A model generated the notes under the pieces. The model was not told where the DNA came from. It ran no database searches and was given only the letters and a program-made list of their open reading frames with translations. A DNA stretch of 64,000 nt from Eledone cirrhosa. Lineage: Eukaryota. The translations under genes were made by a program, and so were the position numbers. Positions 1-13,739 of this stretch are shown here, piece by piece. Positions within the stretch are counted from its first letter, which is position 1, and each line of letters opens with the position of its first letter. The stretch spans positions 18,352,001-18,416,000 of the forward strand of contig OZ024740.1 of NCBI GenBank assembly GCA_964016885.1. Direction: 5' to 3'.

Positions 1-37
1 GACCCGAGCAGATAGAGATAACAATTTTGACATTACT

Positions 38-1298
38 ATGGGATCATCCGACTCAGCTCAGGTAACTGACCTTGTGGGCTTATTTTTAATCAATTTGCTG
101 CATAGGAAAATACCTGGTACTACCGGAGGTTTATATAGAGATGACATGCTTTTACTTATTGATAATAATAACTCTGAACTAAATAGAAAAAGAAAACAAA
201 TTACACAATTTTTTAATCACTTTAATCTAAAAATAGAAATTGAGAATAACCATAGAATAGTCAACTTCCTAGATATAACATTAAATCTCAACACATGTCT
301 TCACTATCCATTTCACAAGTTGAATGAAAACTTAAACTATGTCAGCTTTAACTCTAACCACCCCAAATCTGTTAAAAATACTATAGTAAACTCTGTTCAA
401 TCACGTATCTCTAGAATCTCATCTAATAAAAAGATTTTCGACGAAAAAGCCCATTATTACAATGAAGCGTTAGCTAGAGCAGGATATAGTGATAAAATTA
501 TGTACATAGATAATGATAAACAAATTAAACAAAATAACAACTATTTTAATTATGGCCACAACCTTAACAACTATAATAGAAAGCATTACAATAATTCCAA
601 AAGCCATAAAAGAAATAGAACTAGGAATATAATATGGTTTGCCCCCCCCCCCTTTCTCACTAAACATTAAAACCCACATTGCTAAACTATTTTTTAAAGC
701 TCTCGATAATCGCTTCCCTAGAACACATAGGTATCACTCAATTTTCAATAGACATACTATAAAACTAACCTACTCATCCACCAAAAATTTAGCGCAAAAT
801 ATTAATAGAATAAATAACAGGAACTTAAAACCTAGCGATAATAGCATAAATAATATCCAAGTTAACAAATGTAACTGTAGAGATAGATCTAAATGTCCGT
901 TAAATAACAACTGCTTAGTTAAAAATATAATATACAACTGTAATGTTAAAACGGGCGTTAATTCTTTTAACTACGTTGGTTCTACATCGACGGAATTTAA
1001 ACTTCGCTATAACAACCACAAGAATTCTTTCACAGATCCATCCAAAAAATCTTCAACAGCACTATCAGGCGTACTCTGGCAACTTAGGCATGATAACGTT
1101 AGATATTCGACGACTTGGAATATAGTTTCAAGGGGGATTCCTTTTAATTCATCCTCTGAGACATGTGACCTCTGTGCGGAGGAGATATTCTTTATACTAA
1201 AATCTAAAAATTCCCTTAATCTACGGACAAATTTATTCAGTTGCTGCAGACATAGATTGAACTCAACGTTTAAATATAAATTTAAATTTAAAATGTAG
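38..1298 (+). pseudogene. PLE RT + GIY-YIG endonuclease ORF, split by a frameshift in the poly-C run at about 642-653
   Basis: RT motifs MGSSDSAQVTDLVG, GLYRDD, NFLDITL and SNHP. Linker CNCRDRSKC (CxCx5C). Endonuclease motifs IIY..YVGST..FKLRYNNH, CDLCAEE and LN.R..CRH. Confidence 0.9.
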
Positions 1299-2234
1299 TT
1301 ATGTTTGATTTGATTTGTAATTATTTATGAAACTAGCCGATAAATCTTTCGATTTCTTCTTTTTATTAAAACATTCTTTTTATTAAAACATTCTTCATGA
1401 ATAATTAAACTACCCTAAAAGCTGATGCTCCAAATATATCGAATTAAATTTTAAACTAGATAAACTTCTATATTAAATATAAGAACATATGTAAACCAAA
1501 TGGGTATCCTAAACTTTTGGAATGATTTCTGCTAGACAGGATTTGGTAAACAATTTTTGTTTTATCTGTTTCGACTCTGATGCTTATGATGATCTTGGCA
1601 ATATATTGTCAATTAACTTTGAAAGGCTGATCTCTGTGTTTTATTTGTACTATTTTTTAATATTTTTTAATATTTTGTAATATTTTTTATTTTTAATATT
1701 AAATGTTTTAGTTTTCTGTTTATTTATTTATTTTCTTGTCTCTGATATTTTTATTTTTATTTTTATTAATATATTGAAATCTGTTCTCTATTTCTGCTTG
1801 ATCGACAATCATGTAGAATAAAGACAAGAATAGTATTGTTAAAATTAATATAGACTCTATATATATGTGTATATATACACACATATATGTATACTTGAAT
1901 TTTTATAGCACAATGAGAATGTTTTCGTGTGAATTGGGAGTTTGTTTATAATTATGATATAAACATATGAATTTTTAAAAACTAGACATAAGATCATTAC
2001 TTTTCACACATTATAGATACATGTCTCATTCATGAATACTGGTATTTACATTATAATGCCTGTTTTATACGAACTAATATTTTCTACGGGATAAAACATA
2101 GCGGTTTTAAATTCTGCATCGTTTATGTCTGGTTACGTTTCATTTTCTCTTTTTCATTTTCTCTTTTTTCTCTCTATATAACGGCTATTTTCTCTCTTAA
2201 CTACATACATCTCTCTTTACATTAATACTAGAGC

Positions 2235-2277
<43 letters not shown>

Positions 2278-2582
2278 ATGTATCAACCGATACTCAACTT
2301 CCTAGTTTCTCTATCTATCTCTATCTATCTCTTTCTTTTTTCCTCTCTCTATATATATTTCTCTCTGTTTCTTTACATGAAGTTCTTCTCTTTATCTATC
2401 TTTCTATATCTCTCTATTTTGTCACATGCATTTCTTCTTTTTCTTCGTTTCTCTTTCTTTCTCTCTTTATCTCTTTCTTTTTACAACTGTCCACAATATT
2501 TTTTACTGCCAAATCAACCTCCCAAATGCAAGGTGATTGAAAGGTATGTCGTATCTATTTATTTATAAGACTGTTTATATTG

Positions 2583-2648
2583 TATTTTGTCTGAAGAAGG
2601 CATAACATATTGTTAATATGATATCCCTGAAATATATATAACGAAATA
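2583..2648 (+). ncRNA. Minimal type I hammerhead ribozyme motif in the PLE 3' region
   Basis: Stem I TATTTTGT/ACGAAATA, core CTGAAGA (2591), stem II AGG/CCT, GAAA (2629), palindromic stem III ATATATAT, predicted cleavage after AUA. Confidence 0.75.
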
Positions 2649-2953
2649 AATATGGTTTTATAAATATAGTTTCCATTTATTTAATATCATAAATATACTC
2701 CAAATACTTGTTGAGTGCTTTTATATCAGTTATAAATATTTACTCGTTGTTAACCCAACAATTTAAATATAACTTTCCATATATACATATATATATATTT
2801 CAGAAGATCCCGTTAAGGGTGAAAGCAGCGATTCTTTGCTTAAATTTTAATCTGTTATTTTAATAAATACTTGCTCTAGGGTTCTTATATATTTGATATA
2901 TATTTATTCTTATCGAGCCCTCTTTGGATTTTAGTCTTCGCATTTATTAGAAT

Positions 2954-3079
<126 letters not shown>

Positions 3080-3162
3080 CGAAGGAGTTGTGGTAAGGAA
3101 TCAGATGGACCATAACGCACTACAGTACTCAATACTTAGGGTAGTAGAGTGGGTAATAGGAG

Positions 3163-3265
3163 AAAGTATGACCCCGACAGCAGAGCTCAAGCCGTTTCGA
3201 CGGCTATTTCTGGACTAGAAATAGCCGTCGAAACGGCTTGAGCTCTGCCGTCGGGGTCATACTTT
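3163..3265. repeat. Fold-back inverted repeat (about 50-bp arms) in a short repeat family that also occurs at about 18520-18630 and 41220-41390
   Basis: AAAGTATGACCCCGAC..GGCTATTTCT ggact AGAAATAGCC..GTCGGGGTCATACTTT, flanked by TA tracts. Confidence 0.9.
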
Positions 3266-3267
3266 TT

Positions 3268-3327
<60 letters not shown>

Positions 3328-3635
3328 AATGGAGAAAGCTATTAGCGATACTCCGACCAAATTCCAACTCACTCAACAAACATTAGGAAATACCGGAGTA
3401 TATTCCCAATTAAACGCCTAGAACCAACAACGCATACCACAGGTCTCTTGTATCAAAAAAATTAAAGATGTTTGAAATTGTTTGTTTAAATATTTTTACA
3501 CCACCTGACGAGCTCGGGTAGGAATCACACTACTTAACTGTCCCATCCCAATATATATCATGGGTACGGAAAGAAACTTACATACAACTGCAAATGGCCT
3601 TTTTTAATGTTATCTATATATAACATTAAAAAAAG

Positions 3636-3727
<92 letters not shown>

Positions 3728-3870
3728 ATTTTGAAAACCAAACAATACAATAGAAAGATAATTAAAATCTTACCTTAGCACATTTATGGTTTTAAAAATT
3801 ATTTAAATTTATGTTTCCTATTCAACAATGCTTCAACCAAACTACAACACTCTCATATATATATATATAT

Positions 3871-4185
3871 AATTGAAAAAGTGGAGAATAACATGGTCAA
3901 CAGTACAAAAAAGGAGATTTATTTACAGTCTAACAATTGTTTCACTGATAAAGTTGTCTAAAAATTGCTGAACACTAGAAGCAGTGCCACTCAATTTTAT
4001 ATACGATGTTAGCTCGATCAGATGTTCCCAAGATCTGATCGAGCTAACATCGTATTTAAAATTGAGTGGCACTGCTTTTAGTGTTCAGCAATTTTTAGAC
4101 AACTTTATCAGTGAAAAAATTCTTAGACTGTAAATAAATCTCCTTTTTTGTACTGTTGACCATGTTATTCTCCACTTTTTCAATT
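3871..4185. repeat. Fold-back inverted repeat (about 150-bp arms), probably a truncated PLE with inverted pseudo-LTR
   Basis: Arms of about 3871-4023 and 4031-4185 are near-perfect reverse complements. They contain GAAA-CAATTG-TT, the 3' half of a hammerhead. Confidence 0.85.
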
Positions 4186-4708
4186 TTATTACTCCAAGTT
4201 AAACTTACATAGGAATACAAGTGAAATCATAAACTCGTCATCTACGTAAACCCCTTGTTGAGTCAAGCCACGCCGTACGCTAAAACTATCCGTAATAAGA
4301 AGTATTCACAACCTCTAACTGGATTGCCTATAACGATATTTTGTTATCCCTTATATATATATATAAAAGTTTACATATATATATCCTAAACGGACGGTAG
4401 TCCGTTTAGTAATATTGTTGTGGTCGTGTTTTCGTTGTCAATCGTCTGTTTACGACAGTACAGCGCGGCTCTACTTTATTTAACTGAGATAAAACTTATA
4501 TGAGCATGAATAGTAGATCATTACGCATCTTTTGCCTTAAAAATCTAGAAATTTGGTCCAGCAGGAAAAAGTTTATAATCAAAGTTTGCTGATAAATCTT
4601 GTGTTCAAGTGAGTGAGTAGTAAGCGTGACGCTGTGTGCATTTGATGCATCTATGAGAATCGGCCCGAGATAATAAGGGGAGGTAATTACGAGTCTCTCT
4701 CTCTCTAC

Positions 4709-4833
4709 AGGGTCATCCAGAAATGACGAATTTTTTTCGGCGGAACTCTTGTGATTGTGATTACGTTAGTCAAATGTAGTCAAATCGCTGAATCCCCTCC
4801 TCCTAATTGACTACGTCATTTCTGAACGGCCCT
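4709..4833. mobile_element. Small MITE-like element
   Basis: Imperfect 20-bp TIRs AGGGTCATCCAGAAATGACG / CGTCATTTCTGAACGGCCCT. TSD unclear. Confidence 0.5.
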
Positions 4834-5190
4834 ACTTGCGTCAGTGTGAAACATTACTTCACTTTTCACTGCTAAAATGCTTTTTAAATACTTCGTTAAA
4901 AATTTATGTTTATTATCAAAGCTATTTTTTGTACCAATCTATCAATAGTTTGCTAAAATATAGTAAACATTTGAGTTAAATTTTTTTTAATCGCATCGAT
5001 CCCTTTGTCGCACCGACTGTGACACTGTCTGACTGTCTGTCTGACTGACACCTTTGTCGGACCGATACCTTTGTTCAAGCGGACAACTTTGTGTCACTGA
5101 CACCTTTGTTCGTGCCGGCATCTCTGCGAAACACCGATGACAACAACCAGACCAAAATTTCACTTCATACATATTTGATTAAAGTTTACA

Positions 5191-6352
5191 ATGCTATTTT
5201 TTGATAGATTGTCAACTTTCTGCAAAGAGAGAGATTTCAAATGGGAATCAATCCAGTTTGATCTCATGGTGGTACTGTTGTCAATGAAATTCGAAAATGA
5301 TCCTCTACTGGCATCAAAACTTCGTGACACGGGGACTGTATGTACATGTGACTAGGGTTGCAAACGGTTTTTTTACCATTAAAAAACCAGTAAAAAACGG
5401 TTAAAAAACCGTTTTTTACCAGACTTGAAAAAGTTTCCCAAAAAAGTTACAAACGGTTTTTTTACCATTAAAAACCAGTAAAAAACGGTAAAAAAAAAAC
5501 GTTTTTTGAGGGAAAAACCATTTGAATCTAGCTCATTTCTTGAATATTTGTAGCAACAATTGGTCGAGGACACCCCTAATCCAATTTGGGGGCGAGGATT
5601 TAATGAGAATGGTACAAATCTCCATGGCCGTTGTTTAATGGTCGTCCGTGCACTTTTGAATAAAAATCATCCACAATTCAAGTATATTGTGGGTGATTCA
5701 ATAATTAGAAATGTGGCGAAATCGAATGACCAGAAGGTATAAAAATATTAATTCAAATGTATTTACTTATCATACCAACAAAAATACTTAGATATTTTGT
5801 ATACCTGGGGCCCGTCTGGGCCAGGTAATGTTAATCGCCAACATTGTTATCTGTTGTCCTTTTGTGAAAGTATTGGTGGTTCATGTCGGCTCTAATGATC
5901 TGAATCCTCGTCGCACCGTTGGCACTACAAAGCTGTGCAAAGTAATACAACAATTTTTGCCCAAGTATTTTTTATTAATCATTTATTTGTAAATTAAGGA
6001 CAAAGTGCCCATTCGAGGCACAAAACCGGAAAAACAGGGGAAGAGTCTCTTTGCAAGGCTACAGAAAATAGCGGAAAAGCACCACTGTACACCCATTTTC
6101 TACAGTGGTGTCATTCCACGTCCACAAAGTGTAATTGAAAATAAAAATGAGTTGGGCAAGAGAAATTCTCGTTTGGAAAAGTTTAATTACTGCATGAAAG
6201 AAATGATTCAAAAATTGAACTTGCCCAATCTTCACAACATTGAAAATTGGTCAAAATTTGACAAATCTGACTTCAAACCAGATATGATTCATTTGAACAA
6301 TGTTGGAAATCTTAAATTGACACAAATTTTTGCCAATGTTTTTGCCACCTGA
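5191..6352 (+). CDS. Spliced gene: NADAR/YbiA-like domain (C-terminal half) fused to an SGNH/GDSL hydrolase; exons 5191-5337, 5554-5736, 5792-5941, 5999-6352 (about 277 aa)
   Basis: Three GT-AG phase-0 introns join one open frame. NADAR-like part: KWESIQFDLM..LLSMKFENDPLLASKLRDTGT|QQLVEDTPNPIWGRGFNENGTNLHGRCLMVVRALL. SGNH blocks: IVGDSIIR, IPGARL, VHVGSNDL, SGVIPRP, KPDMIHLNNVG. AATAAA at 6390. Confidence 0.75.
5352..5531. mobile_element. hAT-like MITE relic inside intron 1 of the NADAR-SGNH gene
   Basis: Starts TAGGGTTGC and carries repeated AAAAACCG/CGGTTTTT subterminal motifs. Right TIR is poorly preserved. Confidence 0.4.
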
Positions 6353-6532
6353 TCCTTGTTCTATGGCTGACTGACTAATTTTGTGACTTAATAAAATGTA
6401 ATCATACTAGTAATGCACAATGGTCATTTTTAAATTTAAATTTTATTAAATAGTTGTTGCTTGCATTGCCTTAAAATAGTAACAAGAATGTACACATAAT
6501 TTTTAAAAATACATCATTATCAGTCAAATCAG

Positions 6533-6892
6533 TCAAATGTCACTAAAAGCCAGGTGGTCGATAACAACTTCTATAAGATTAGTTACATGCTCACACATTG
6601 GATCACCTCTCATCAATGGCATTGGGTGTCTGAGATAATCGTGGAGATAACTGATGAAGTCACAAATGAAGTGATGGTCTTCCAGTGTGAACAACTCCCT
6701 ATATCCATTGATATATGTGATGGCTTCCGATTCATAGGTGCATTTTATGAGGAATTCCATGCATCCGATTTTCAGTGATTCAATGGGCATTTTATCAGAG
6801 ATGATAAGGTATTTGACCACGTTTTGCTTTGTAAGTAAATTTGAGAGAATCACTGCAGTCAAAGTCATTTCTTTGCATGGGTTTTTGTCCAT
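6533..6892 (-). CDS. 119-aa ORF with a BACK/SPOP-C-terminal-like helical motif, convergent with the NADAR-SGNH gene
   Basis: LLTKQNVVKYLIISDKMPIESLKIGCMEFL resembles the BACK start Lt.eNv..ll..Ad......Lk..C..Fi. A splice acceptor directly precedes the ATG, and a minus-strand AATAAA lies at about 6442-6447. Confidence 0.45.
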   Translation of the reverse strand: MDKNPCKEMTLTAVILSNLLTKQNVVKYLIISDKMPIESLKIGCMEFLIKCTYESEAITYINGYRELFTLEDHHFICDFISYLHDYLRHPMPLMRGDPMCEHVTNLIEVVIDHLAFSDI

Positions 6893-7169
6893 TCTAAAAA
6901 GTTAAAATGATAAAGTATTACTACTATATAACTTACATCTATTGTTGTAACACCATTGAAATGCACAAGTTTCACCAATTCACTATTATGCACTAATCAT
7001 CTCAAATGCATTCATGATTTACTAGCTTTGTCATTAAGCCAGTTGCCTCAACTAGATTGCAATTATACTCAAAAGAACTTTAAAATGTCAATCAATCACT
7101 TGTCAGTAATTCACTATGATCATTTAATTATTAGATAGTTGTTGCTTGCATTGCCTTAAAAAATAGTAG

Positions 7170-7366
7170 ACCAGATAGAAAAATGCTTACAGCAAAAAAA
7201 AGTAATATTGTTGGAATATAAACCTTTAAAAATACAGGACAAGAAACTAAAATAAAACTTTAAAAGAATAGGACAAGAAACTAAGATAAAACTTTAAAAG
7301 AATAGGACAAGAAACTAAGATAAAACTTTAAAGAATTGGACAAGAAATAAAAAATTTTCTATCTGG

Positions 7367-7367
<1 letters not shown>
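7170..7367. repeat. MITE-like unit with 13-bp TIRs enclosing about four 33-bp tandem repeats
   Basis: ACCAGATAGAAAA / TTTTCTATCTGGT flank (AAAACTTTAAAAGAATAGGACAAGAAACTAAGAT)n. Confidence 0.6.
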
Positions 7368-9780
<2,413 letters not shown>

Positions 9781-10132
9781 TATTTTCCGTAGTGTTGTAA
9801 TATAAATATTACACACAGTAATTTTTTTCCCACTACAAGCTGAATATTACATAAAAGAGGGACATCCCCCCCAACTATATAAACCTCAATCTACTTAGAA
9901 AAATATAAAAACAATCTCTTCTCAACATATATATGTATATTAATAACCTTAAATTACCACACTAATAATGGAAAGATATGCTGATGAGAATAGGTGCGAG
10001 TATGCTATAATGAATGTGTCTAAAAGCGACCATATGTATGTATATATATATGTGAACATGTATATAAATAAGTAAATATATATATATGTTTGATGTGTAT
10101 AGTTAGATGTAAGTGTATTCATGTATTAAAGT

Positions 10133-10191
<59 letters not shown>

Positions 10192-10720
10192 GACTGGAGT
10201 ATGTATGTATATATGTGTGTGTCTATACGTGTGTATATAAAGATAAGTTGAGTATGAAAATGTATACACACGAATGCGTATGTATGTACATGTATATATG
10301 TATATATATGTATATATATGTATATATATGTGCATGTGTATATGTATGTAAGTATGAGCATGTAAGTATGTGTATGTGAGTATATGTATTTTGTAGAGGT
10401 GTGCATATATGTTTGTGTGTGAATGCGTGGGCGAAAGGATACGTACACTTGAAAGAAAAATTTAAGTCTGAATGTTAATTAAGTGCAAACTCAAAACCAA
10501 CCATGCATATCTATACTATCTCTAATCCTTCTATAGATTTAGAAAAATAACCAATAATATATTCTATAAAAATGTCAAAACAACAGATGGGAATCTAATT
10601 ACTCACTGCCTCCAAAAATTCTCACTGCTATCAAAAAACCACTCCCTCAACTATTCTTCTAACAACTTCACCCCTCCCTCCTAATATTCTCTATAAAAAC
10701 CAAACAGGTCCTCAGTAAAA

Positions 10721-10841
10721 TTATTCTGATGAAATGACAGTTGATAATAACATTGAAATATTGAATGTCTGCATAACTAATACTTTGTAGATAGCAGCTG
10801 TTTTCAGGTTATGAAACTGTTATTGAAACACGTGTCAATAA
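10721..10841 (+). ncRNA. Type I hammerhead ribozyme motif with a large stem II loop
   Basis: Stem I TTATT/AATAA, CTGATGA (10726), stem II AATGACAGTT/AACTGTTATT, GAAA-CACGTG-TC (GUC site, palindromic stem III). Confidence 0.7.
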
Positions 10842-10873
10842 ATTCCTTTTAACTAAACTGTATCCATTTAAAT

Positions 10874-11003
<130 letters not shown>

Positions 11004-11787
11004 TCGTTCCTATATATATATATACATATATATTTATATCTCAATTTCAGACCTTCTCACAATCCAGGTGGGTGAAATACGTTTCCCAACATACACACTC
11101 TGAAGTAAGCACCCTAGAGTACTCTAGTACCTCTGCAAATGCATCGCTAGGTTTATAGCGAACATACACACATATTTATACACACAGACCTAGCCCTTAT
11201 AGAAGTATTTGAACGGACACACCATCATTAAAACTAATGTATTAGCGCATGAAACAAGTACCTAAACTGCTCATCTTGTACCTACCCACACATCCAATTA
11301 TTATTCACGTTAAAATACTCCCAAAGAGGCACACACACATAGAATTGGCTCTTAACGAAGCATTTCAGTGATCAGTGAGGCCACCAATATGATTGACTGA
11401 CTTGTCATTTTATCAGTCAGATGTGTTTAGACACCACCCAGTTAAATATGATTCGTTTATATTACTTCTACAAATCATTTTGTATATGTGTTTACCTTAC
11501 CGGGAAAATGTTGAATTTGAATACGACCTACATCAATATTTCATGTAGCCGGCCGAGTAGTTTACTGTAATAAATCCCTAAACACACACACCATCATTAA
11601 AACAAAATTACTAGCTGAGGAAATAAGTACATAGGCTGCTCATCTTCTACCTACCTAAGCTGCACATGCCCCCAAAGAGTTATCTACCTCAACATTTTCT
11701 GCTACAGCGGCGTTAGATTGTATTCCTAGTCTGGCCCTCCACTTCAGAAAAGCCTTTACCTTTTTTGCATGCAGATAACCCCCAAGA

Positions 11788-12210
11788 CTGACTTGGTAAA
11801 CACCCACAAAATTATTAACCATCTTTCCAACAACAACCCCGAGCACCTTTTTGATTTCCATGTGTCTAAAACACGTGGACATGCCAACAAAGTCAGAAAA
11901 CAACACAGCTCCCATGACTTTCGGAAACATTTTTTCACGCTCAGAGTTGCTGAAGCATGGAACAAACTACCTGCATCGGTTGTTAGCTGTCGAGACACTG
12001 CATGCTTTAAAACCTCCATGCTTCCTGAAATTTGCCAACACTACACCTGATATCCCCCCTCCATGCACACGCACACATGTATATCATGACTCATACACTG
12101 TTCACTTCCCTGACATTTGTATATTATTCTATGTACTATACATGCACCTTTGATGAGTTGCAGTGTACCTGAGCACAGTACACAATAATTTCATTATTAT
12201 TATTATTATA
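11788..12210 (+). mobile_element. CR1-clade LINE 3' fragment
   Basis: DL..THKII..KTRGHANK..RKHFFTLRVAEAWNKLPASVV, ending in an (ATT)n tail. Confidence 0.85.
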
Positions 12211-12974
12211 CACTCCTCCTTGCAACATAAATACGCACCGACTAAAATCAAATAGGCCCTTATAGAGCATTAATAATTAGCAATTACCCATTTTACCTGT
12301 TCCAGGGATGGGTGGAGGTCATTGGCTGATGGATTTAAAGGATGGGTGATATATATCCACCACTACTAACCTAGTAGTATGATGTAGCGAGGACATCGTA
12401 TATAAACAACACCTAATCCTATCTATATGAACATAAGAAAGAGAATAATTATAACAAATCTTATTCCGAGAGAAATTACCCTAATTAGCACCGACTAATT
12501 GATCTCACCGCTTCCCTTTATCTGTATTTATTTAATATTTCTATTCTATTTCTTTATTTTATTTGTCCAACTTAAATAGGATTTATATTATTGATTCCAC
12601 CACAGCTATGGAATGCCATCACTTATAACTCACCCTTATCAATAGATCAATAAGTAATTACTAATAAAATGACAAGTCAGTCAATCATATCGGTGGCCTC
12701 CCCACAGCCCCGGCGGACAGAATGGAGAAGGCGTTTCCCCGGTGGACGGCAAGGGAGACGCGCTGGAATTACTATCGAAAACTTTTCTTTTAAAATATTT
12801 TAGATATATTGTCAACTGTAAAGAAGAATCACAACTATACGATTGACTATAGAAACTTAATGTTGATGTGTGGATAAATCTTAAGTGCGTGTGTGCACTG
12901 CTGGATAGATGACCATGCCATTGCAAATAAATCATAAAGCATGGCATGGATGCTGCAGGCTTCCCTTCCTAGCC

Positions 12975-13398
12975 CCAGCCGGTGGGGTTGGACCGAAGGG
13001 ACAACAAAAGGCCAGATGGTATGACCATTTTCCTGTTCCGCGGTGGAAAACCCCTCATGTGGGATGCCATTTGCACCGACACTTACTCCAGCCGCAACCT
13101 GGTGCAGTCTGCGACTAACCCAGGTTCTGCTGCACGTCGGGCTGAGGTGGCGAAACTCTTCAAATACCGGTCGCTCTCCGACAGGTTTGCGGTTGTATCC
13201 TTGACAGTGGAGACTTCTGGTGTCCTCGACCATAGGGCTACCTCCCTACTCACCACTATAGGCGCTGAGCTCGCCAGCAGCCGCAGGTGTGAGCCTCGCG
13301 AGCTGGCATGGCTTTTCCAGCGCGTCTCCCTTGCCTTCCTCCGGGGAAACGCCTTCTCCATTCTATCTGCCGGCGCTGTGGGGAGGCCACCGATATGA
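12975..13398 (+). mobile_element. CRE-like non-LTR retrotransposon, restriction-like endonuclease C-terminal fragment
   Basis: KRPDGMT..GKPLMWD..DT..GSAARRAE..K..KY..VETSG..LFQRVSLAFLRGNA. Confidence 0.8.
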
Positions 13399-13739
13399 TT
13401 GACTGACTTGTCATTTTATCAGTCAGATGTTCAAATGATAGTGCAAAACTCTTCACCCCGTCCCGTCTCGTCCTAATAAACCACTTTTCCTATCAACAGG
13501 TACGATTCGTTGCTGGTCTCGTAGAATTCTGTGATATCGACGCCAATTCCATACTTAGGATGTCTGAAGGTCACGAAAGCACGCCTTTGGTTGAGATACA
13601 CAAACCCCCACAAACCCCCACAAACCTCCTTGATAAAGATAATTCGGCCCTTTTACACTATCACATTGATCTAGATAAATTAGAACACATACATTGGACC
13701 ACACACATACATGTGAACAGTCACTAAGCCAAATAATTG

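Larger units (their letters stand above)
1..2780 (+). mobile_element. Penelope-like retroelement, 5' part outside the window, probably Hydra clade
   Basis: PLE-type RT motifs followed by a C-terminal GIY-YIG, a long AT-rich 3' region, a hammerhead motif at 2583-2648, and an end in a TA tract. Confidence 0.85.

Noticed and set aside
3505-3580. CTGACGA as a hammerhead (also CAGAAGA at 2801 and CAGATGA at about 18466)
   Set aside because: Core mutated or stems could not be closed; at best decayed relics.
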